Positions 37,137 through 48,172 of a stretch of 64,000 nt of DNA are shown one piece after another. The first letter of the stretch is position 1. Every line of letters starts with the position of its first letter. The notes under the pieces were generated by a model. The model saw only the letters and a program-made list of their open reading frames with translations. It was not told the DNA's origin and ran no database searches. The DNA is from Oculina patagonica (lineage: Eukaryota). The stretch lies in the NCBI RefSeq assembly GCF_052425735.1, contig NC_135769.1:20150001-20214000 (forward strand). Reading direction: 5' to 3'. The translations under genes and the position numbers were made by a program.

Positions 37137-38152
37137 GATAATGACGCAGGTTTCCCTAAGACATAAAGCGTTTGTCCTATAAACTGAGGTACGAAGCTAA
37201 GAAAGTTTTCTTTCTGGGCCCCACGTAGCTCCTGGGCGGTTCTCTTTGGCAAAAATGATTCTTCTACCTACTAAAGCGACGATTCTCAGTTAACGAAGTC
37301 AGTATAAAGGTATTCCAGTATTCTGGATGTTTGTCAAGAAATAATGTTTGTCGAGTCAGCGAAAGGGACGAAACTACAGAACAGCATGGAATAGAATAAA
37401 GTTAAAATGTAAAACCAGGAGCCCGTCAATAACTGTCAAAACAAGACTTAATGAAAACTGCTAGCGCAGGAAGCTTCACGTAAAGCCAACATGATATCGG
37501 GACGACTCAAGTTTGTTTGGAAAGCACTGAGAGTTGTCATTCAAAAATTTTCACCGAGACCGAATTTCTTAAATCTTCTTTGCACGTTGTTTAATTATCA
37601 CGTGATGACTGTGATGCTCATACACAAAGGAATAAGAGGGTGCTAATGGGGTTAACAGTTAACTGACAATTGGCCCAAAAAATAGTAGTTAACTGATGTT
37701 TGGCCAAAACATTAGTAGTAAACTGATAAATGATAGAGGGTAGTGCACCGACACAATTAAGGATAAATGCAACGGATTCTTGTGAGTATTCCGGTCGCCC
37801 TTTTTCTTATAAAGATAAATCCGTCGTAAACTCTCGCAAACCATTCCCGGTAGCGTCCGCCATATTGAATGGAGTTCTTGGGATGCGGGAGCCTGGAACA
37901 AAGGGAGCTGGAAAACTAGGAATTTGGAATTGTTTGTCTGCAACGCAGACAAACAACGCAGTTAGACATTCATTTCAGAAAAGCTATGTCAATGCTGTTT
38001 TAATAATCTTTTTTCAGTATTGCATTCAAGTTATCTGACGTTTTGTTTCAAATAGTCTTAAAGGGACTGTGTCACGCCTACGTTAAGTTAAGTTTATTAA
38101 GTTTGCCCAATACTTCCTATGAAAGTTAATGTTTGCAAAGAAAGTACTTCTA

Positions 38153-39974
38153 CAATCTCGAGCCCAGAGTGTCCCCCGGCTCCTTGGTCCGTCAGCGGTT
38201 GGTCAGCGGTAGGGTCGCCGGGACACACTCTGGGAAACTGAAATGTATTTGGTCATTCACAGAACAATAGAAATCCATCAGGAAGTCTAAAAATCATCCC
38301 CAGAAGTTAACCAAACCGGAAACCCTGAAAAAGCATTTTTTTTTCCTTTCGATGGCCAGATGTTTGAAGTATCAACTTAATTTCGGCTTTTCTTTGTAAA
38401 ACACCTTAAGACTTGTGGAATGGCGCTACATAAATGAAGTACTTTCTAATTCTACCCTTCTCATTGAACTCAAAAGATACCATGAATAAAAAAAAGACTT
38501 CTTTCAAACGGCTTTTCTGAACGGAGTTTAAAAGCAACAATGACGGCGACACAGATTGGCGACACAAAGGACAAGGTCGATTGAAAACTCAATTTATACT
38601 TGACTTACAAATCTCGCTAGAACTACTGTTTTCAATCATTTCTCCGTTTCGGCTGAAAAACTAAATATCGAAGACATTGTTCGATTCCAAGTAATAACTT
38701 ACGGCAATGCAACGCAGAATTTGAGCATAAAGCGCTGTTGTTTTGCCGAAGGAAAAAAAATGTATAAAAAATTATCACGCACGTGCACGAGCGTGCACGT
38801 GCAGAGTCGCTGTGCTGCTCATTAAACCTATTGAATAGTGTAGCGTTGACCGGTGTGGCCTTAAACGTGCTAATTAATATTACCGCTATTCGTCAAGAAA
38901 AAAAATTGCTTGCTTGAAAACATGCAATCTATTCTGGAAAGCCGTTTTTATGAAAATTGCGTTAAAGATGCGCTGTCAAGCCTGGTTTTCACTAGCGACG
39001 CAAGCACAAGCGCAAGCACAAACGCAAGCATAAGTAGTTCATGCCAAGTGAAAACGAACGTCGACATAAGCACATTAGCATAAGAATATGATGTTTACAA
39101 GTTAGAAGGCTCCGTTCTCGACTCCGTTCTGTCGGCAAATATTGCGGCAGAAACTCTCAGACATCGAGTGTTGTTGTCTCCTCTACTCTTGTGACGAAGA
39201 AAGCGAGAGCGACTTATAAAGGAGAAAAACGAAACATTTGGGTTATAGATATTTTTAAAGAAAGCATTCATCTCCATTTATTTCGCTACTAGAGTCCGCG
39301 CTTGTGCCTTTTTGTTTTTTTTGTCCACGCTCCGAACAATCTCGAAAAACGTTTATCAAAATCAACCGCGGCCACTGCGACTTTGTTCAAATGCTGGAAC
39401 GAGTGTTTTAATTGGATAGACACCGGCAGACGTAAACAATTTTCTTGTGCTTATGCGATGTTTCGTTTTCACACGAACGCAAGCACAAGCGCAAGCACAA
39501 GAAAAGGAAAAATTTTGATCCTTGTGCTTCTGCTTGCGCTTGTGCTTATGCTTGCGTCGAAGCCGTTTTCACGATGAAATAAGAGCTGTTATGCTTGCGT
39601 TTGTGCTTGCGCTTGTGCTTGCGTCGCTAGTGAAAACCAGGCTGAAGGCTTTCATTTCAAACAAATATAGCAGAATGCTCAAAAAATTAAAGCGCCAGAT
39701 GCTTTGTAGTTAACTCATTATTCTTCTTTCTTGCGGAATATTATTGTTACTTCGATAAATACCAATTCCGTCAATAGTGTGTTGGAAATAGTTTAACTTT
39801 CTCGATTTACTTCCGTTCTGGGAAATTTACTTCCGCTTAGACCTAAGAGCATGAACAATAAAAACCGGAAAACCAAGTTTCTTACCTGAAATCGACCTGA
39901 AATTGATTTGGTCAATTACAGTTTCCCAGAGTCCGTCCCATACCGCTGACCGACGGACTCTGGGCTCGAGATTG
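38153..39974. mobile_element. Non-autonomous TIR element with 9-bp TSD
   Basis: CAATCTCGAGCCCAGAGT / ACTCTGGGCTCGAGATTG TIRs; TSD GTACTTCTA at 38144-38152 and 39975-39983. Confidence 0.88.
38979..39643. mobile_element. PIF/Harbinger-type MITE with (GCAAGCAC) subterminal repeats
   Basis: About 40-bp TIR AGCCTGGTTTTCACTAGCGACGCAAGCACAAGCGCAAGCAC; the relative at 55757 shows a TAA TSD. Confidence 0.8.
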
Positions 39975-40225
39975 GTACTTCTATGGATCTAAACAATGAC
40001 AAAACCATGGCTTCACTGCAGCCAAATGTGTCTCCCGGGCGTTATAATTTAAAGCTACAAGACAACAATATTTCAAAACCCATATCTCAATCCCTTTCAA
40101 TCTTCGTCGCTTTTTGCTACCCGTACCTTCATTTGTATTTGGCGTGTCATTGAAATTTTCCTCCACTGTTTTAAGAGGTTATTTTTATATTTCAACGAGC
40201 TTGATGGTCATTTCCCATGCCTATA

Positions 40226-40682
40226 TCTGTCTGGAGTTGACAAAACGTGGACTCCGGGATCCGTGCTTGAAGGTCGACGTAGTCGGCCTTCAAGCCATTG
40301 CGGTCCGAGAAATTTGAGAGGGGAAGCGTCAACGACCCCGTGGGCAGGTAGCCTGGGTCCTGACCTAACAACCCTAAGGAGCCCTGGGTCAGCTGTTGAA
40401 TTGCATTCCGGCTGGGGGGTTGGCTAAAGTCAGCTTTTTGGCTTGTTTCCGCGAAGACTTTGCTTTGAAATATGGCCAGTACTGCTCCCGGCTTTTGGTT
40501 TTCTGAGGGCTGGGCTCAGTAGCCTTGAGGCCTCTGAGAGCTCAGCTGTGACCGGGCATGGGAAGGCTTCCTAGTAGTGCCCCTGGGCTCTCTCAAACCC
40601 ACAGGAGGAAGGGAGGGGAGGGCTAAGAGAGTGAGTGGCCCCTGGCAGTTCTGGGGGCATTGTTTTCTTAAATCAGGACAGA
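40226..40682. mobile_element. GC-rich unclassified insertion with short TIR and TATA flanks
   Basis: TATA-TCTGTCTGGA ... TCAGGACAGA-TATA; empty duplicate site at about 41150. Confidence 0.65.
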
Positions 40683-40828
40683 TATATAAATGTAGCTAAA
40701 ATCCGTGACACAGTCCCTTTAAGCTCGTCTTCATGTAATCAGAGATTACATATGTAAATATATAAGACGTTTATCAAGAATGACAGTGGAGAATTCTGGC
40801 AAAGCATTGCCGGCCCTACGGCGAAAAA

Positions 40829-40933
40829 GTGTGATATACGATTTCTGAACCAAGACTTGTTCCGCAGTATGTCCATGATAGCGTGTCGAATATGTCTCAT
40901 TTTCCAACAGTAAATTACAGGGTTCAAAGATGA
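40829..40933 (-). pseudogene. Orphan GPCR 3' tail (TM7-helix 8)
   Basis: SSLNPVIYCWKMRHIRHAIMDILRNKSWFRNRISH with no upstream CDS and no stop. Confidence 0.85.
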
Positions 40934-41710
40934 TTGCTCGAAAATATTAATTCTATGTAAGACTTGTTTACAGAAAGCATTTCTTGGAAATTTTGCCAAA
41001 AAGCGTTTTATATGCTAATCGATTTAAAACATGCCAACTTTTGTCAAACAAGGTTTCAAGTTCCTATTTGGTATGTCATTGAAATTTACCCCCACTGATT
41101 TAATGGGTTATTTTTATATTTCAACGAATTTGATGGTCATTTTCCATGCCTATACATAAATTTAGCTAAAATTCGTGACACAGTCCTTTTAAGCTCGTCT
41201 TCATGTTATATTAATTCTATGTAAGACTTGTTTACAGAAAGCATTTCTTGGAAATTTTGCCAAAAAGCGTTTTATATGCTAATCGATGTAAAAGATGCCA
41301 ACTTTTGTCAAACAAGGTTTTTACCGGGGGTTTCTAGTTCCCCTTTCCCCTGTCAGCTTTCACAAGACAATAAATAACACCTCGAGTTAACATTTTTTTT
41401 ATTTAAAAAAGGTAAAAGTACATGTTCTCGTTCCTCTGGTATATGGAATAAATTCACTCTAAATGTCTTTTTTTTTTTCGAATCGCAAAAATGTCACTGA
41501 ACTAAGTCGGTTCAAGAAATCACTAAGCTATAAAGATCCCTTCCTGGCATATATATTTCCTCAGTATATTTTACTTAGTTTGAAAACGCTTTCGTTTGTC
41601 CTCAGGCAGCTCATGACTGCTCGCGACCCTTACTCAGTATATACAGGTTTTTATCAGAAACGAAAACACTGAATGAGAAGAATCCTAGCATAGCATGGCC
41701 AGTCCTGCGA

Positions 41711-42646
41711 TTAGTGTGATGCTCGATTTCTGAGCCAAGACATGTTCCGCAGTATGTCCATGATAGCGTGTCGAATGTGTCTCATCTTCCAACAGTAAAT
41801 TACAGGGTTCAAGGATGAATTAAGAAATCCAAGAGTGCCTGCGAAAAAGATAAATTTCTTCAAAGTGATACTCGGGCCGTTGATTTCAGTGGCAGCCAAT
41901 GAGATAAAGTAAGGCAAATAACAAAGCAAAAACACGAGATATACGTAAAATATACTGACAGCAGATTTAACGAGGCTAGCAAAATGTGCCGTTTCCTTGG
42001 TCGACTGTGCTACTTGTTGTATTTGCAGGGCCTGAATATCATACTTGTGGCGTCGTACCGCTAAATAAATCCTGATGTAAACCAATGATGTAACAACGAC
42101 AAAACCAAATCCAAGAATGTATACAATAAGGGCCTTAATATCGGTCGGCACCCACACCATTAAAAAAGAAAGAAATACACTAAACACCCATATTGAGATC
42201 ACCTCAGCAACAACACGCTTGTGAGTCACAAGTTCCTGATATCTGAGATGAAGATGAATAGCTAAGAACCTGTCTACACTTACAGCCACAACACCAGAGA
42301 ACGAAGCTGTGAGAAAGAAATTCGTAATGATGTCAAAAGCCTTGTAAGTGGTACAGCCAGGATCGCTTTGTTGTAAACCTTTGACCATAAGTGAGGTAAA
42401 AAAAGGTTGAACCAATAAACCAACACCAACATCAGAAACAGCAAGACTCAGAAGCAATGTTTTTAAAGTCTTTGGCAACGACGAAGCTTTTCTCATCGCG
42501 TGGATTGTTACAATGTTCAACATGATAGCGGTATAGCATAGAAAACTGTTGAAGACACAAATTGTGATGAACGTCGAGTGGAGATCTTCATATTCTGATA
42601 CTCTTGGGTAGTACTGCAGCAACGCTTCACAAAATGATTTCTTCAT
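41711..42646 (-). CDS. G9: class A orphan GPCR
   Basis: 311 aa intact ORF with all family motifs. Confidence 0.92.
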   Translation of the reverse strand: MKKSFCEALLQYYPRVSEYEDLHSTFITICVFNSFLCYTAIMLNIVTIHAMRKASSLPKTLKTLLLSLAVSDVGVGLLVQPFFTSLMVKGLQQSDPGCTTYKAFDIITNFFLTASFSGVVAVSVDRFLAIHLHLRYQELVTHKRVVAEVISIWVFSVFLSFLMVWVPTDIKALIVYILGFGFVVVTSLVYIRIYLAVRRHKYDIQALQIQQVAQSTKETAHFASLVKSAVSIFYVYLVFLLCYLPYFISLAATEINGPSITLKKFIFFAGTLGFLNSSLNPVIYCWKMRHIRHAIMDILRNMSWLRNRASH

Positions 42647-42840
42647 AATATCGACTCAAGGTTCTTTAGCGCACCGAGCGTATCACGTAATCAGTTTGCT
42701 TTCTATGAGCCTTCAGACCTTTATATACTATAGTAAAGATTCTCAGGAAACCAAGGTTGTTCCGACATTTACAGGAGTGTTTACATAGTAACAGGTTTGA
42801 AAACAAGAGTATCAGTAGTTCTGAAAAGAACTGTCGTAGG

Positions 42841-42885
42841 TGATTGGCGTTTCGACAACCTGAGCGGAAGTTATATTCAGAGTCA
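42841..42885 (-). ncRNA. Degenerate copy of the 34478 hammerhead motif
   Basis: tgact-CTGAATA-...-GAAA-cg-CC-aatca: G8>U, U16.1>C and a stem I mismatch. Confidence 0.55.
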
Positions 42886-44786
42886 AGTGAAAAAAGTCAC
42901 TAAGTATGCTAATCGATGGTGCACCTGCAAACTGTTGTTCCATGTGCGTGAGGCGAGCGGGACTAAAAAAAACGACAGAGATCCACTGCTAAGTGTAGCT
43001 GGGAGTTTTGCTGGCAGAAACGTATTGTTCAAGTGAATTCCGGGTGCTTTTCAGGAAGTAATTCGGGGTCCGCCAACGCGGTGAGTTACACTGAGTGAGT
43101 TATCATGTGAATTAATGATGGTGTGAGTTGCCAAATATTGAATTTTTTTACGAGTATGGTGACCCACATTTTTAATGCATTAATTTAAATGTCATACGAT
43201 TGACAACAATATATTGCACTTTAAAGAAAAGTTTAAAATTCTACATTGAGATATTTTTATTTGAATGCCGTAAAAACACGTTTTTAGGTAGTGTTGTTTA
43301 GGTGCGCACGAAGCAAAATCTTTAATTTCTTTCTTTATCTTAATTCCAGATCAATAAGAATAGTTTATAATTAGATCAAAGTCTATTTTGTTGAACTAGT
43401 CTAATATATTAATGCAAGCAATGATTTTTTTCTAGAAGCGATAGTTCCCAATTCGGATTACTAGGGTTCCTAATATGTACCTCGCGGGTCGTATATTTAC
43501 TATAATGGCCATCCATTTTGCACAAAAACTAGCGCGGTAACCCCTGTTTTTATTTCATTTTTGTAATGCTCGTAACATAATTGTAACCTGGGCCAAGTTT
43601 TAGAAAATTTTAAATACTCCTTCTTTTTCAGTGGAATCACCTTAATAACTACATATTTTGTGTGAAACGCAGCTTGAAGAGCGAGTTTTATGTAGTAGAT
43701 AAAATATGAGCGGGAGATCGGCTCGCCATTGTAAACGGCCATACAGATCGGACGCGAATATTTTATTCTACTTGTGAAATGAAAACAATAAATCGAATGC
43801 AAAGTATTGCTATGCGAATCAATACAGATCTGTATCTAAAGTTAATGAATAATAATTAGCTGAGCAGGAGTTTGTATCAAAAGTTAAATCTATTGTTTGA
43901 TTTGTATTGGGGTTTACAGTTGTGTACATGTGATCTGAATATGGTACTGGGATTGGTTTGCACCCGCATGAATAGTTAATGAATTTTACAAAATATATTA
44001 CTACCTTCCTATGCCGAGTATTTCTGATAACTTTTATAGTTAATTACTTAAGCTAAAGTGATCCAGCTGGTCGGCCTAGTGTTATTTATTATCTTTTCAA
44101 ATAAAGAACGTGTAATTTGAATTAATTTTCGTTGGATTTGTTGCCTCACTGTTTATCCATGACAAGGGAAAGGGGAACTAGAAACCTTATTTGACAGACG
44201 TTTATTTTTAGCTATAACAAAATTTCCGAGAAATGCTTTCTGTAATTCTTATTCAATTTTATTCTACTTCACTCCCCGTCCGTCTTTGTAAAACCTAAGT
44301 AGTTTCGTTCTTTTAAGCAAAGAGCACAAATTATTTCCAAGCAAAAACCGATTTCCCAGCGGAAAGATCGAGCCCTGGATGATTCCTTTGTTTATGACTA
44401 TGGTCATCATGTGACAATTTAACAAGCTTTAAAAAAGAGCTTAGAAAGTCTGTCAGTCTGTGTAACATTTTGAACGACAATGCTTTCAAACGGAAACTTT
44501 CCAGTGAGTCGATCGATGTTGGCTTTACGTGAAGTTTCCGTGCATGCCACCGGCTTCATTTATTTTATTCCACTCTTTATCGACAAATGTTCACGAACAC
44601 TCGCGTAACAAAACACTAGAAATCTTCTAAATTGATTAAAGGAGTAAATTCCGCAATCGTTTTAGTAATCAACCTAAGAATGAATATATTCAATAGTTTA
44701 ACTCGAAATGTGCGCTAGTTAATGTTAGAAACATATCATCATGGTGTTACGCAGGATGTTTCTATTTTTAATGTATTACATCTATT

Positions 44787-45363
44787 TTAATTTATTATAC
44801 ATTAGAATTACTTTGAAACATGTGATTGGTCGAGAGCATTCAGTCAATATACAGTAGCACGTGAACTTGACATGATAACCCAATATCTGCAGCAGATATT
44901 GGGTTATCATGTCAAGTTAAAAGTTCGCCTAGTTTCCAAGCCCCTCGTCCGTGAAGTGCTGTCAAACTTTTGAAAATATGGCTGAGCGATTCGCCTCCGT
45001 TTCCGAAGAGGAATTGAAAGTTTTGATCGAAAACAAAGATTCTAAAAACACCAAGAGAACAACAAAAACAAGTGTAAAGATTCTGAATGATTATTTGAGG
45101 GAGAAGAACCTGGAGGAACCACAAGATAAAACTGCTTTGGCCAATGTTCTGACGAAGTTTTACGCCGGCGCTAGAAAAAAGTGATGGCAGTCTTCGTTTG
45201 CAAATTGTTTGAAAACGTATAATAAAACAATTATTGAATTCGGTTTTTGCATGATATCTTGAATTATCAAACCTCGTGTCTGTGTTATGGCTGAGGCAGA
45301 TAACACAGACCTCGGTTTTGATAATTCACGATATCATGCTCAACCTCATCCAATAATTGCTTA
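44787..45363 (+). mobile_element. Crypton-like non-autonomous element with hairpins and a 14-bp flanking duplication
   Basis: MAERFASVSEEELKVLIENKDSKNTKRTTK..VLTKFYAGARKK remnant; perfect 27-bp-arm palindrome at 44864-44918; terminal hairpin at about 45228-45359; GTATTACATCTATT at 44773-44786 and 45364-45377. Confidence 0.7.
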
Positions 45364-45527
45364 GTATTACATCTATTGCGCTATTGCGGTGATTAACCTA
45401 ATAATTACGCAAGCATATTGACAGCTATTGACGTGCTAATGGTTTAATTAAAAGTCTTATTCTATCATCTGTCAATTCTTCAACTCTGTTGTCTTTGGAA
45501 AGACCTGAGCAGTTTTGTCTTTAAAAA

Positions 45528-46027
45528 NNNNNNNNNNNNNNNNNNNNNNNNNNNNNNNNNNNNNNNNNNNNNNNNNNNNNNNNNNNNNNNNNNNNNNNNN
45601 NNNNNNNNNNNNNNNNNNNNNNNNNNNNNNNNNNNNNNNNNNNNNNNNNNNNNNNNNNNNNNNNNNNNNNNNNNNNNNNNNNNNNNNNNNNNNNNNNNNN
45701 NNNNNNNNNNNNNNNNNNNNNNNNNNNNNNNNNNNNNNNNNNNNNNNNNNNNNNNNNNNNNNNNNNNNNNNNNNNNNNNNNNNNNNNNNNNNNNNNNNNN
45801 NNNNNNNNNNNNNNNNNNNNNNNNNNNNNNNNNNNNNNNNNNNNNNNNNNNNNNNNNNNNNNNNNNNNNNNNNNNNNNNNNNNNNNNNNNNNNNNNNNNN
45901 NNNNNNNNNNNNNNNNNNNNNNNNNNNNNNNNNNNNNNNNNNNNNNNNNNNNNNNNNNNNNNNNNNNNNNNNNNNNNNNNNNNNNNNNNNNNNNNNNNNN
46001 NNNNNNNNNNNNNNNNNNNNNNNNNNN
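45528..46027. other. Assembly gap (500 N)
   Basis: Run of exactly 500 N, likely a placeholder length. Confidence 0.99.
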
Positions 46028-46123
46028 AAATATATATACTAGGAAGGGATTTATGTAGCTTAGCTTGATTTCTAAAACATTGAGTCCAGTAACAACTTTT
46101 GTGATTTCGAATAAAAATAAAAA

Positions 46124-46310
46124 TAGTAGTAGTAGTAGTAGTAGTAGTAGTAACCTTTATTATGACACGATAAAAATTTAAAGCTGAGTAGCTTGTGGGG
46201 TCGTGTCTAAAATAAGCTAGAAATGAATTAAAATACTAAAAAATATATAAAATACAATAAAAAAGTCTTATTTACATAGTATACAGGACTAAAAATATAA
46301 CATATAGGAC
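46124..46310 (-). mobile_element. LINE 3'-end remnant with (CTA)n tail
   Basis: (TAG)9-10 at 46124-46151 followed by unique sequence; absent from the paralogous flank near 57485. Confidence 0.55.
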
Positions 46311-46468
46311 TAAAATAAATAGCAACATTAGGAATAAAGTTAGCCGATACATACACAATCCCCACACGAATTTCGATCCTTTTCTTACAACGCTCGAGAT
46401 AACCCGAAAGTCTTACTCTGTAATTTTTGTGATACTCTCGGTGTGTTTAAGAACCCTGAGACAATATT

Positions 46469-46531
46469 ATGGAGAAATCATTTTGTAAACTGTTGCTGCA
46501 GTACTACCCAAGATTATCAGAATACGAAGAT
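46469..46531 (+). pseudogene. Orphan GPCR 5' head
   Basis: MEKSFCKLLLQYYPRLSEYED, then homology is lost abruptly. Confidence 0.85.
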
Positions 46532-46701
46532 AAGTTTTATTTTATTTCTCTTTTATTTTATCTTGTCAGTTATATTATATTTTGTCATTTATTGACATGC
46601 TGATTATCTAAAGAAGTCTTACAGCATATATCCGCACGCATATGGCAATACCTGACCATTTTTAAGCTATTTAAATAGACTGATGTCAGGTTACACAATT
46701 T

Positions 46702-46943
46702 AGCCCGGGCCAAACGAGGATTACAGTTGATGAGAGGTTGACGGCTCTCATGAGAGTTTGGTCGACTCCCATCGACTATCATCAACTCAAGCAAAACGAG
46801 AGAAAACTCTCATCGACTCTCATGAATAGTTTAAGCACGTTCAAAGTCGATAGAAGCGCATTAGAGTTGATGAGAGTGCATAAGAAATTCAGGCCAAACG
46901 AGAGCATGAGTCTTTGAGCTCTCATTCTCGTTTGGCTCGGGCT
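46702..46943. mobile_element. MITE (Harbinger-like)
   Basis: AGCCCGGGCCAAACGAG / CTCGTTTGGCTCGGGCT TIRs; internal TTGATGAGAG/CTCTCAT repeats; TTT/TTA flanks. Confidence 0.7.
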
Positions 46944-47226
46944 TTACAATAGAAAGCAGAGGTTCCTCGTTTCTAAGAAACGTACACTTGACGAACGCAC
47001 GTCTATGCTCAGCCAAATTTGGCGCGAAAAGATTACAATTCACGATAACTGTTATTACAATTTACGACAGCTATTACAGTTTACGACGTTATTACAATTC
47101 ACGACAGTACACACGTCGAGATTTGTATTAAGTCTTTTTTATGACAGTTATTGACACTCTGATGGACTGTTACAAGTGTTATTTTTTCTCGTTTGATTTT
47201 CTTTTGTCTTTATTTTAATAAAAAGG

Positions 47227-47395
47227 TGGATTTCCACTGACGCGTAATTTTTTACGTGTGTTTACGTACGTGAAAAATTTAGAGACAATGTATGAACGAC
47301 TTCCGTAAACGTTTACGCAAGTCGTTCATACATTGTCTCTAAAATTTTTCACGCACGTAAACGCACGTAAAAAATTACGCGTCAGTGGAAATCCA
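47227..47395. repeat. Loopless palindromic MITE in a type A upstream region whose gene is deleted
   Basis: About 84-bp arms centred on 47310/47311; followed by the type A 5' flank and only MSSCDVF (47631-47652). Confidence 0.88.
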
Positions 47396-48092
47396 GCATA
47401 AGATCTAAGCGCTGTCGTCTTTTTCACCAGCGAGCAAAACGTTTTCACAGCAAACACCCAGTAGAAAGAGTGACTACTGGGATATTGATGCCTTCACCTT
47501 GGACCATCACATAGAAGACAGGAAAATTTTTATGCAAGAGGCACCTGTTGTAGACCTAAGAAAGTGGCAAAATTTCTTCGACAAGACAAACGCTGCGTGC
47601 ACTAAAGAAGGTTGAATCGCTATAACGGAGATGTCATCTTGTGACGTGTTCGGTCAAGGGATGGAAGAAAACCTGATTTTTTTGTGAAAACAACGAGCAC
47701 TGGAACAAAAACTGGCATCACGTGATGATTTAACAACGTGCAAGGAAGAGCTAAAAACGTCTCTTTCTGTAAAACATTTTGAATGACTTTTCTGACTGCT
47801 TTCAAAGAAACTTGAGTCGAGTGTTATATTTAAGTCGTTTTATATTTAACTTCAGTTCTTATTCGTTTCTAACATTTTTCTTGCTTTAAATTCCCAAATT
47901 TTCGAGAAAGCCCAAGGAAATTTTCTAAATCGATTTCTGAATCGATTAAAAATTTTCGAGAATACCCAAGGAACAGTACACTAGAAATTTTCTAAATTGC
48001 TTAAAAGGAGGAACTAAGGATAAACCTTGTCTAACAGAAGTTTACAGGTTAACCAACCACTAACATATTTAAAAACCTTTTTATAACTACTT

Positions 48093-48172
48093 TAGCCTGC
48101 GTTGCAGACGAACAAAACCTAGGTATATACCCCGGACTATACCGGAGTTTTGTTCGTCTGCAACGCAGGCTA
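48093..48172. mobile_element. 80-bp TAG...CTA mini-element with degenerate 9-bp TSD
   Basis: 26-bp TIR TAGCCTGCGTTGCAGACGAACAAAAC; flanks TAACTACTT / TAACTGCCT. Confidence 0.75.

Larger units (their letters stand above)
38062..40718. mobile_element. Non-autonomous TIR element with TTAA TSD (Kolobok-like), hosting nested inserts
   Basis: TTAA-AGGGACTGTGTCACG ... CGTGACACAGTCCCT-TTAA, a perfect 15-bp TIR with purine-purine termini. Confidence 0.8.

Noticed and set aside
37637-38050. Complete DNA transposon starting GAGGGTGCTAATGGGGTTAAC and the 102-aa ORF within it
   Set aside because: It looks like one transposon end, but no matching inverted end or TSD was found and the ORF has no recognisable motif.
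43066-44078. Helitron call (short palindrome followed by CTAG)
   Set aside because: The TAG overlaps host flank sequence, the hairpin is only 8 bp, no 5' TC end could be defined and there is no Rep/helicase remnant. Left unclassified.
45515-46042. 175-aa ORF
   Set aside because: Artefact of translating the N gap.
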